DNA from: a virus
Direction: 5' to 3' (one strand)
Length of the DNA stretch: 64,000 bases
IMG/VR virus record: IMGVR_UViG_3300017917_002349
Coordinates: 1-64,000 of that record
Part shown: positions 38,410 through 49,000 of the stretch, one piece after another
Position numbering within the stretch: the stretch's first letter is position 1
How the letters are laid out: each line of letters opens with the position of its first letter
Notes under the pieces: generated by a model
The model's database searches: none
Seen by the model: only the letters and a program-made list of their open reading frames with translations
Told to the model about the DNA's origin: nothing
Position numbers and translations under genes: made by a program

Positions 38410-39054
38410 ATGATTACAAAAAAATTTACACATCAACTTCCGGACCAACCATTTAAGCAGACAGCAGCGAAAAACCTCACTGTTGAGTGCGAATATAGCG
38501 GCCCAGAATTTTTATTGGTAAGAATCAAAGAAGAAAACAAGACCGTGGTCTGTGTTGAAAGATACGGCGATGATCAAGCAGCTCTAGAAGCCAGCATTGT
38601 AGACGACGGTAACATCTGGGATTTTGTGGTATTAGATGCCAAAGAACATACATGGGAAGCGGCTTATCTAACAGGAGCATACTCACATGGCGAAGTACCT
38701 GATTACAAAGAAACGTTGCCAACAGGGGAACAATATGAATTTGTCTATCCCGATGGTAACGGTGTGATTGGTACGTGTCATCCTGTTGAAGGGCTCAAGT
38801 ATGATAAAAATCTAAAGGTATATACTCGTCCTAATTTTGTTTCTCACCCTATTAATTCTATTTCTTTTTGGGAAGGTGTTGAACTACAGAAGGCGGAATT
38901 TGTCAAGTTGTTATCGTCAGACCTATCCAAGTATAACAATGAAACAATCGCAGATATACAAAACTATCATGATTTTGTCAGCACTGTAAAAACCAAATAC
39001 CACGGTGTGGACCATTGGAAAATTAGTTGGCCAAAATATCCAAATCTAGCCTAA
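38410..39054 (+). CDS. Probable tail-fibre assembly chaperone-like protein
   Basis: Follows the adhesin-like genes; C-terminal HWKISWPKYP resembles the WP..P end of fibre chaperones. Confidence 0.45.
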   Translation: MITKKFTHQLPDQPFKQTAAKNLTVECEYSGPEFLLVRIKEENKTVVCVERYGDDQAALEASIVDDGNIWDFVVLDAKEHTWEAAYLTGAYSHGEVPDYKETLPTGEQYEFVYPDGNGVIGTCHPVEGLKYDKNLKVYTRPNFVSHPINSISFWEGVELQKAEFVKLLSSDLSKYNNETIADIQNYHDFVSTVKTKYHGVDHWKISWPKYPNLA

Positions 39055-39066
39055 TTTAAACTCAGA

Positions 39067-39116
39067 AAAAGCCTTGCGCTGATGTATCTAAGGATATATA
39101 ATCAGACAAGGCTTTT
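39067..39116 (+). promoter_or_regulatory. Terminator-like inverted repeat containing a sigma70-type promoter
   Basis: AAAAGCCTTG/CAAGGCTTTT stem; inside it TTGCGC (39074-39079)-17 nt-TATAAT (39097-39102). Confidence 0.55.
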
Positions 39117-39130
39117 CTATTGGAGTTTAA

Positions 39131-40066
39131 ATGACAAGATCAAAAGCGTTTTTTATAAACGGCGGTGCAGGCAGAATGATCACTTCTATTCCTGCTTTTG
39201 AAAGATACGAAAAAGAATCTGAGGACAAAGATTTTATCATCGTCTGTGAGGGCGGCACAGATGTATTCAAAGGACATCCTACATTAGATGCTAGGACCTA
39301 CGATATCTGGCACAAGGGCCTATTCCAAGACAAGCTCAAGGATAGAGATATTATCACTACAGAGCCTTACAGGATCTGGGAATATTATAACCAAAAATGT
39401 TCTATTGGCCAGGCCTTTGACATTCAAATCAATGAAAAAGGCGTAAGAGATCTAGATAAGCCCATACTTCACCTTAGCAAAGACGAACTGTTGAACGGTC
39501 GTTATGTTGTGGGTGAGGTCAAGAAAAAACTAAAAAAAGACAAGCTCATAGTATTTCAACCTTTTGGCAGAGGTATCGAATACATAGACGAAACTCTAGT
39601 CGATAAAACAGGTCGAAGTTTCGAACTTAAAGATGTGAAACAGATCATTAAAAAATTACAGCAGAACGATTTCGCTGTGATAATGATGAGCGAATTCAAA
39701 GTCGATCTGAGCGATGCCAAATTAAAAGACGAAGTAGCCACCCCAGAAAATACCAACATTAGGATTTGGGCTGCAATTATCAAATATGCCGATCACTTTC
39801 TAGGCTGCGATTCTGTAGGACAGCATCTGGCATATTCCGTAGGCACTAAATCCACGGTGGTCACTGGCGCCACATATCCTATCAACGTCACTTATCCTAA
39901 CAGCGAAGGTGTAGAAGTCCTTGACATGGGAGAAATACATAGAGAATACAGCCCTATCAGAATCACTGTAGATGAAAGAGTAGATAGAACCAATGAAAAA
40001 TTAATGGCTATGAATGATGATATCACAACACTAATAGTCAATCATGTACTAGGAAAAAAAGAATGA
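39131..40066 (+). CDS. GT-B glycosyltransferase, family 9 (heptosyltransferase)-like
   Basis: GGAGR.I.SIP at the N-terminus; IVFQP; AAIIKYADHFLGCDSVGQHLAYSVG..STVV.G.T matches the GT9 D-S-x-x-x-H-L-A motif. Confidence 0.7.
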   Translation: MTRSKAFFINGGAGRMITSIPAFERYEKESEDKDFIIVCEGGTDVFKGHPTLDARTYDIWHKGLFQDKLKDRDIITTEPYRIWEYYNQKCSIGQAFDIQINEKGVRDLDKPILHLSKDELLNGRYVVGEVKKKLKKDKLIVFQPFGRGIEYIDETLVDKTGRSFELKDVKQIIKKLQQNDFAVIMMSEFKVDLSDAKLKDEVATPENTNIRIWAAIIKYADHFLGCDSVGQHLAYSVGTKSTVVTGATYPINVTYPNSEGVEVLDMGEIHREYSPIRITVDERVDRTNEKLMAMNDDITTLIVNHVLGKKE

Positions 40067-41898
40067 CAGTTACTTCAATCACAAAAGAGACAGTAAAGAA
40101 ACCAATTTGGATAGCAGGCATCGCTCGGGGACATAATGCTGGAATTTGTCTGCTCAAAGATGGCGAAATAGTTTTTAGCATCGAAGAAGAGAGATTAACC
40201 AGACAAAAATATGATGGAGGTCCTTTGGCTTCTATGGTTAAGATTCTAGAATACACTGATAAACTAGATTATTTGATCATTGCTCATACACAACCTTTAT
40301 ATGAAACCGCCGGTAAGATAGATTATACCGGCGATGATATGTACACAGGCATGGCCAGAAAATTAGGACTAATTGACAGAAAAGTCAAGAATCTACACAA
40401 GCATCCTCAGGTAATTGATATGAGCTACATGCATCATAAACTACATACGGCCTGTGCATTTTATCGCAGTGGATTTAAAGAAGCAGTTTCGTTGATCGTA
40501 GATGGTGCAGGAACTTTCTTTCCTATGAGTTATAATGACAGCCAAGTTTGGTTCTGGGAAACAGAATCTATTGTAGACTGCCAATATCCTGCAGAATTTA
40601 AAACACTTTACAAGCATTATGGTACTAAAGATCCGATACCTTGTGCTTTTATTCCTCGATTTAGTTCTGATTCTCTAGGAGAGACTGGAGATACACACGA
40701 AGCTTGGTTAACTGATCGATCAGGAATCGTTAAAGTCTACGAAGGTGTGACCGAATATTGCGGATTTAGTGCCATCGAAGCAGGCAAGACCATGGGTCTA
40801 TTCCCCTATGGTAAAGCTAATCCTAATATTCCACCTTTGTTTGACCCAACTGGAAAAACACCCTTATCTAATAGGAATTTTATTATTCCTAAATATCCTA
40901 TGAGCAGCATTGTCAACATGAATCTTTTCGAGGCTGTAGAACAAGATCCAGAAAATGTAGACGAAGATCTAACTCTCATGGACAATAGACGAGACATGGC
41001 CTATGCTGTTCAGACGCAGACACAAGAACAAGTAGTTCGTTTGATCAAGTATGCTGTAGAAAAAAGTGGTAGGAAACAGGTCACTATCAGCGGAGGCTAC
41101 GGTCTCAACTGCGTGGCCAACTATTATTATCTAGAACAACTTAAAGATTCCGGAATTGAAATTTATGTAGAGCCTATCTCAAACGATGCCGGTACTGCGA
41201 TGGGTGCAGCATTAATGTTCTGGCACGGTATGTACAACGACGAAACTATTCGTCCATACGGTACGTTGTATCTAGGACCCGAATATCATTATACAGACAA
41301 AGATATTTCAGAAAAGGTCGCTGGTGTACAAGGAGCCACAGTTGTAGACGCTACACATAAAGATGTGGTCAAGCTTCTACGTGAAAAAAATATCGTTACT
41401 ATCTTCCAAGGACGTTCAGAAAACGGCCCTCGAGCACTAGGCAATCGTTCAGTATTATTTGATCCAACATTTCCGGACGGTAAAGATTTTGTCAACACTG
41501 TTAAACGTCGCGAGTATTTCCGTCCTTTTGCAGGCAGCATTTTACAAGATGATGTACATGATTGGTTTGATCTGAGAGGTATGAAAGATAGTCCTTTTAT
41601 GATGTATGCAGTAAATTGTCAACCAGGCATCGAAGAAAAGATTCCCAGCATCATTCACGAAGATCATACCTGTAGGATACAGACTGTGACCAGAGATCAA
41701 AATCCTCACTATTATGATTTGATCAAGACCTTCAAAGAGGAAACAGGAATTCCTATTTTGTTCAATACCAGCTTTAATCTAGGCGGAGAACCCCTAGTAG
41801 AAACCCTAGATGATGCAATTTGGACTCTACAGAATTCAGATATTATGTATCTGTATTTGCCAGAATACGGTAAACTGATTTACGTGCCCAACGAATAA
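40063..41898 (+). CDS. O-carbamoyltransferase (NodU/CmcH/TobZ family)
   Basis: EEERLTRQK, HH..H...AF, VDGAG, GKTMGL, GGYGLNCVAN, DAGTAMGAA, GPRALGNRS, KRRE.FRPFA, RIQTV, NTSFN..GEP. Confidence 0.93.
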   Translation: MTVTSITKETVKKPIWIAGIARGHNAGICLLKDGEIVFSIEEERLTRQKYDGGPLASMVKILEYTDKLDYLIIAHTQPLYETAGKIDYTGDDMYTGMARKLGLIDRKVKNLHKHPQVIDMSYMHHKLHTACAFYRSGFKEAVSLIVDGAGTFFPMSYNDSQVWFWETESIVDCQYPAEFKTLYKHYGTKDPIPCAFIPRFSSDSLGETGDTHEAWLTDRSGIVKVYEGVTEYCGFSAIEAGKTMGLFPYGKANPNIPPLFDPTGKTPLSNRNFIIPKYPMSSIVNMNLFEAVEQDPENVDEDLTLMDNRRDMAYAVQTQTQEQVVRLIKYAVEKSGRKQVTISGGYGLNCVANYYYLEQLKDSGIEIYVEPISNDAGTAMGAALMFWHGMYNDETIRPYGTLYLGPEYHYTDKDISEKVAGVQGATVVDATHKDVVKLLREKNIVTIFQGRSENGPRALGNRSVLFDPTFPDGKDFVNTVKRREYFRPFAGSILQDDVHDWFDLRGMKDSPFMMYAVNCQPGIEEKIPSIIHEDHTCRIQTVTRDQNPHYYDLIKTFKEETGIPILFNTSFNLGGEPLVETLDDAIWTLQNSDIMYLYLPEYGKLIYVPNE

Positions 41899-41923
41899 AA
41901 AAGCCCGCAAGGGCTTTTTTATT
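41894..41923 (+). terminator. Rho-independent (bidirectional-type) terminator
   Basis: AATAAAAAAGCCC-GCAA-GGGCTTTTTTATT. Confidence 0.85.
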
Positions 41924-41942
41924 TCCTGCTAAATACACTACT

Positions 41943-42380
41943 ATGATTAATTTCGCTAACTATTTCTTTCAAGGTGTTAAAAACACATTACGAGTTCAAA
42001 ACGGTGTAAATCTTGCCTATAAAGGTCCCTGGGTTTCGGTGTTCCAAGATACTCTTGTAGACGAATGGTATGTGGGCGATTTTATGGCTGCAGAATATAC
42101 CGTGGTAGTTGACGTGGGAAATACCAAAAAAGAAATAATCAAAGCTATGGTAGTAGCAGGACCTAGCCAAGCTAATGTAACTATCTACGGTAGAAATAGC
42201 CTCAATGAGAAATTAGTAGATTTATCAGTTACGGTCAACGATTCAAAAGTCCAGCTGATCGCAAATCCTGCTAGCAGTGCCACCGACAGTACCTATGATG
42301 ATTCCGGTCTTTTGGTAGGATCTAAGCTGATTTTCAGCGCCACTTATTATCATACCCTAAACGATCTCACAAGTTATTAA
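41943..42380 (+). CDS. Hypothetical virion protein
   Basis: 145 aa; TAAATA at 41930-41935. Confidence 0.6.
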   Translation: MINFANYFFQGVKNTLRVQNGVNLAYKGPWVSVFQDTLVDEWYVGDFMAAEYTVVVDVGNTKKEIIKAMVVAGPSQANVTIYGRNSLNEKLVDLSVTVNDSKVQLIANPASSATDSTYDDSGLLVGSKLIFSATYYHTLNDLTSY

Positions 42381-42447
42381 AAATCCTACCAGCATAAATA
42401 CATTAGTCTTTGTAGAAGTTGTAGTTGGAGTGATAGCGGAGATCTAA

Positions 42448-43059
42448 ATGTCAATTAATTACCTACCATTAGAATCAAAAAGCGGATTTAAAAGTCCGGG
42501 TTTTTCTGTCAACGAAAATGGTGATCTAACCGTAGATGGTGCGGTACTGTTTAACAGCCAACTCAATGTAGCCCCAGATTTCGCAGTTAACGGCGTGCTT
42601 ATCATAGATTCTACCGATTCGATAGTTGCGCTAGGCGATCAAATCAAACACAGCAGTCTTGTAAAATTAGGAGTTTTAGAAAATCTTTCTATTGACGGCG
42701 ACTTTACTGTGGCACAAGGTTCTACACCGTATGTCAGCATCGTCAACGGACACGTAGAAATAAATTCTGTGGCCAGTGTTGGTGCCATAGATAATGTAGA
42801 TATTGGTCTAAAAGATCCGGGCGATGCTAATTTTAAATCAGTAAACATCGGTCCAGGCGACAGCACCGGTGAATTATCAGTTCAAGGTAACGCTAGTATA
42901 AGTTTAGATTTAACTGTCACAGGCGATACCACAGTCAGTGGAGATATAGCAGCAAGTAACATAACGGTTTCAAACACACCTACAGCAAATAATCAAGTGA
43001 CTAGAAAAGACTATGTCGATGCTAGAGCCACAGCGTTTGCAGTTGCGTTTGGAGCATAA
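42448..43059 (+). CDS. Fibre-like virion protein
   Basis: Beta-repeat G.L.V.G.. segments; C-terminal PT..NQVTRKDYVD and AFAVAFG. Confidence 0.6.
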   Translation: MSINYLPLESKSGFKSPGFSVNENGDLTVDGAVLFNSQLNVAPDFAVNGVLIIDSTDSIVALGDQIKHSSLVKLGVLENLSIDGDFTVAQGSTPYVSIVNGHVEINSVASVGAIDNVDIGLKDPGDANFKSVNIGPGDSTGELSVQGNASISLDLTVTGDTTVSGDIAASNITVSNTPTANNQVTRKDYVDARATAFAVAFGA

Positions 43060-43069
43060 GGATAGATAA

Positions 43070-46000
43070 ATGGCAAAGAAACAGTTAAAAAAATATGTAT
43101 TTGAACCTGGGATCAGCAAAGATGATAATCTGTATCCTCATGCAGTGGCATTGTTAAGTGCCAACAAGGCATTTTTGCAACAACAGGTAGTTGCCTTCAT
43201 TAATAATCAGATCACTAACAATATTGGAGTATATGCAGGGTATACATATGCGTCTCAAAAATGTATAAGAGACGTAGGATACTTTATTGATGCAGTTTTA
43301 CATGATCTTCGATATGGAGGTAATGTCAAATGTAGACAGGTAGCAGATTATTTTTGGATAGACGGTGAACCTCAGATCAGAGGAGATGTCAGTCCTGAGA
43401 TCACAGGACAGCAATATCTAAGAGATGTAATCAACAACTATATTTTTACCAATACCACCGTTTCTCCGTCCTACGGTAATACTGTCGCACAGGTAAAAAT
43501 AATCGGACAAAATGCAGAATCAGGAGCTTCATCAAGGAATACAACTCTTTGGAGTGTGTTTAGCAACGTAATCCAGAACGGATTGCCTGCCATGCCCAGC
43601 AAGGTCGCAGGCGTAAGTTCTATCAGAGTAATCGGTAAGTACGATCCAAGCGAAATCTTATTAATCACAGATACTAATAACGGTGAAATTTTATATAGTT
43701 TTGCTGATAATAATAACACACTGACCTGCGAATATAAACAGGGACGCAGCAGCGGTAATGGTGAATTGTTAACAGATGTTGATTTTCCTCGCTGGTGGCA
43801 CACTTCGGATACTATAACTACTATAAGTCTTTCTGCAGATACTTCTTTGTTGTCAGCAGCGGCAGATCTTCAAATCTTTGTAGAGGATCCTAATCAACAG
43901 ATTCGTCCTTGGGAATTTGGTACGGATGCTATTGAACGTATGCGTGTGGCAGCACCGCAGGCCATGTTGGACGCTGATTTTGAATACGGATTGCAGCCAA
44001 CTAAATGGCAAGCACTAGGATTGATACGTATGTATCCTTCGGTATATGAAGTACCAGGTACAGATCTAACTATTTCAGCGATCACCACTGATGCATCATC
44101 TAACACAGGTTTTTTTGGTTCTTCATTAATCACAGTTACCACTACTGGTACACATGGATTTTCAGCAGGACAACCGATCACTGTCAAAGGACTATTGTCT
44201 ACGGTCAGCGGGTTTGCTCGTGCAGAAGGATCATTCTTAATTTACAGCACACCTAGTGCAGTGTCATTTACATACTATGCATCTGCCAAAGTAGGAACTG
44301 CCAACGGTGACAGTCTATATACGAGTTTTGCGCAGATAAGACAAGCTGGATTTTACACCGGTGCTTCAGTAGGAGCACCTACATTTTCTTTATACAGCAA
44401 TGGTACTAATTTAACAATAACTTCTAAATTTATCACAGCTTCGGGATCAACAACCATTGCCTTTGATGGAACAGCGCCGACATCTGGATCACCGGTTACA
44501 GGTTCTCCTGTATTTGTACAAGGAACTGCGATATCCGGAGTGATAGGCAGCAGCACGGTCAGCGCCAAAATCAAGACAGCGACTCTTACCACAGACACTA
44601 GTGTAGAAGTTGTATCCGCCACGGGTATACAGCAACAAATGGCATTGAGCTCCGGAGGCGGAACCGCCCTGTTTATTAACTCATTGGCAGGAACCACTTT
44701 AAATCTTTCAGGCGCTATTGGTTCTACATATGTTGGAGCCAACGGTTCTAATTCAGGAGTCACAGGAACAAACATCCCGCCCATAGGTGTAGGCGCACAT
44801 TTTGCAGTTTCTAGATCAGCAGGTGTATATTCAGTGACCGATCCAGGAGATTCGACATCTAATGGACAAAATTATGCTGTGGGCGATAATTTGCTCATAG
44901 CAGGTACTGATCTAGGCGGTACATCTCCTCAAAATGATATTACAGTAGTAGTCACAGGTATTGATTCTGGTGGAACTATTACAAACTTTAGTTTTTCTGG
45001 GTCAGCAATCAGCGGAGGAGCTTCTTACAGTCTGGTATTACCTAATAGTACTACGGGGTCGGGTTCAGGTGCATATCTAGCAGTAGATAGAGCCGGCGGC
45101 ACTGGAGTTTACACAAATATCGTAGTCTCTGGCGGAAGCCTTTATTCTCCAGGAGACTATGTAACTTGGTCAGGAGCAGATCTAGGAGGTTCAAGTCCAG
45201 CCAATGATATAACCATATTAGTTCAAGGAGTAACTTCGGGAAGTATAGTTGACTATGTAGTCCAAGGAACTCCTGTAGGTGCCACAGGTAACGGTTCATA
45301 TCCTGCTGCCAATGCAACAAATATACCTAATTCGGGGGCCGGTGCTATATTCACTGTGACCAGAACAGACGGTAACTATACCGCTGTAGCTACTAATCCC
45401 GGCAGCGGATATGTGGTAGGTAATGGTATTAGAATTCTTGGCACAGCACTAAATGGTGCAACTCCTCTTAATGATTGTATATTAACTGTAAGTGGAGCGG
45501 CCGGCGGGTCTCTGACTGTAACAGCAGTAGGGGTACCGTATGCAGGAGATAGTATCAGTGTTTATCCCACAATGACTATCAGCGAACCAATTACTAGTTC
45601 TCTAGCAGCAAATACCACTTTAAATGTTGGTGCAATTCCTACAGTGCAGATAGATTTTTCAAGTAACCATGGATTGATACCTGGTACTACTATCCTTACA
45701 CAAATAACATCTAATCCGGCTCCGGCATATGCAGCCACACCAAGAACACTGACTTCTTCTCTTACATGGGTAGGAGTAGCATTCGTTGGTGGAACCTTTG
45801 TAGCAGTGGCCAACGGATCGGCTGTGACTAATAGATCTATCGACGGTCAAAATTGGACCGCAGGTGGTACTATTCCAGGCAGTACATCATGGACCAGTAT
45901 TGCAGCTGGCGCCATAGGAGCTACAAATTATTTTGTGGCCGTAGCATCCGGGGGTACGGTTGCAGCCTATTCAACCGATGGAGGTCAAAACTGGACTGCG

Positions 46001-49000
46001 GCAACACTGCCTTCTTCCAGCACTTGGAGTTCTGTGACATATTACAACGGTGTGTTTGTGGCTGTGGCATCTGGTGGTACTGCTGCCGCATATTCAACCA
46101 ATGGAACTACCTGGACTGCGGCAACATTACCGTCATCGAGTACCTGGACAGATGTTGCAGGTGGATTTATTGGAACATCAGTTTATTTCGTGGCCATCGC
46201 TTCAGGCGGAACAGCAGCAGCATATTCTCCGGACAGCGGAGTGACATGGGTAGCCACAGGAGCATTGCCTGCTACTGCAACATGGAGCAGTGTAACATTT
46301 GGTAATAATAGATTTGTGGCTGTAGCATCCGGTGGCACAGCCGCTGCGATATCTACCAATGGTATTTCATGGACTTCGTCTACATTACCAAGTTCAGCGA
46401 ACTGGAATTCGATTACCTTTGGCGATGATAATTTTATTGTGGTTGCTTCAGGAGGCACTCAAGTATTATATTCGTTTACCGGCGACACAGGCACATGGAC
46501 CAGTGCGGTTACGACATTATCTTCTACTTGGGAAGAAATTGCCTATGGTACATACTCAGGCATAGGAATTTTTGTTGCTGTGGGTAACAGTGCTACAGCA
46601 AATAGTATAGTTTTGACTTCGGCAAATCATCAATTGGTAACTGGACCACACGTGGTTGCATCTGTACCAAGTTCGACATCTATTAGATATTATGCCAGAA
46701 CTACTGGTACTATTAATGTAGATTCTCAAGGTTTAACAGGTGTGATTTATGCTAGACCTGATGCATTCTTTACACATAGGCCATTTGACGGCGGAGTGCA
46801 ATTAGGCACAGGCAACCCAAGCCACGGTGCTCAGGCCATACGTCAAAGTAAAAAGTATATTCGTTACCAGTCTGGTAAAGGTATGATGTATACCACTGGT
46901 GGTTTGTTTGCTCCTAGTTATAATATTTCAGCAGCAACAGCTGACGGACTTACAGTTAATAGTCTTATAACTTTTACCACCGATGATACAGATCACGGAC
47001 TACAAGCAGGTGCTGAAATTGAAATTATTGGTATGGTGTCATTTGAATACAACGGAGATTATACCGTAGACAGTATCGTTGATGCTAGAAGATTTAGAGT
47101 ACGAGCAGGTGTTGTGCTGAGTAGTCTCACAGGAACATTAGGAGTCGATGCTAAACTTGTATTGAAACGTTGGCACGGAGCCAGCGTTAAAATTGGTGCC
47201 TTTGATGAACAGAACGGATTGTTCTATCAATATGATGGACAGGAAATGAGTCTTGTCAAACGTTCAAGTACTAATCAGCTTACAGGCACAGTGGCCATTA
47301 ATACAGACAGTAATTTGGTCACAGGCACAGGAACACGTTTCCAAGATCAGTTAAAAGTAGGAGACAAGGTAGTAATCAGGGGCATGAGCCATATTGTGAC
47401 CGGTATTACCAGCCAAACTTCTATGACAATGGCTCCTGACTGGCGCGGTGCTAATTCTATTACCGGCGCTAGAATGGCTATCACTGAAGATACTTATATT
47501 CCTCAACGTGAATGGAATTTAGATCCTATCGACGGTAACGGACCGAGTGGATATAATATTCTGCCATGGCGAATGCAGATGTTAGGTATGCAATATTCAT
47601 GGTATGCTGCTGGTTTTATTGAATGGATGCTGCGTGGTGCAGACGGTAAATTCGTATTCTTGCACAGACTAAGAAACTCTAACGTAAACACCGAAGCGTA
47701 TATGCGTACTGCTAACTTGCCCGTGCGTTATGAAGTAGAAAATCGATCAGCGGTAAGTAAACTTTCTGCAACAGTTACTTCAGTACAGAGCACCTTGCCA
47801 TTAACTGATGCATCTAGATTCCCAACCAATGGTATAGTTTATGTTGATAACGAATTGATCAGTTACAGCGGCAAGAGCGGAAATGTTCTTACAAATTGTA
47901 CTCGTGCAGCATCAATGAACGCATTCACTGCCGGACAAAATAGAACAGTTACAGGCGGACCGGCGTCTTCTCACTCAGTTGATGCAGGTGTACAGTTAGT
48001 CAGTTGCACAGCAAGTCCTACGATTAGTCATTGGGGTTCTGCTCTGTTAACTGACGGTAGATTTGATGAAGATCGAGGATATCTATTCAACTATGCGGCC
48101 ACAGGTCTGAGTGTGGGATTAACCAAACAAACAGCGTTCTTAATTAGATTGGCTCCCAGTGTTTCCAACGCTCTAGTGGGAGACCTAGGCGAGCGCGATC
48201 TGTTAAACAGAGCACAGTTATTGTTAAATGAAATATCAGTGACTTCAGATACTGGCTCTGGGTCTATTATTATTGAAGGTATCCTTAATCCTAGAAACTA
48301 TCCTACTAACCCAACTTTGATTACCTGGACCGGATTAGCCAGTTCCGGTGCTGGCGGCCAACCAAGTTTTGCACAGATCGCATTGGGCGGTTCTATTAAC
48401 TGGGGCGGCGTACCTGCAACAACATCTACTGCTACAGTACAAGGTGCATTGACCACTACCACTACTGCTAGAGCATTTTCTACGATCACAAACAATATAA
48501 CCGCAGTGAGCCAACCAGCTGGTCTAAGCGGCTATAATGGTGCATTAGACACTGCTAGAACTGATTTTGTAATAACCAATGCTGCATATAATGCCTTATT
48601 GTCTACTACCCCGTTAAGGGTAGGAGATACACTGGCACAGAATGCAGGAGGAACCTTGGTTAATGTAAGAATTATAGGTTTCAGCGGACAGTTTGATTGT
48701 AATAGTACAACATTAGTTGTAGGTATGACTGTTACCCTCACTGGAGGCGGTACTAATTATCCTGCTAATGGAACGATATTAGGTTATACAGGTACAACAA
48801 CTTACAAAATATCTGTTACCAACGGTTCAACTACTTTTACACTAACAGAACTCAATGGATCAGCTCTTACTACAAATACCGGTAACAATCCACAGGGAAC
48901 ATTTGTTCTAAACAACAACCTCGGCACCGGAAGAAGTATCACGGCTATCACTCCATCCTATCAAGGCAGCGGATTCACAAGGATCGTTATGAACTCGGTG

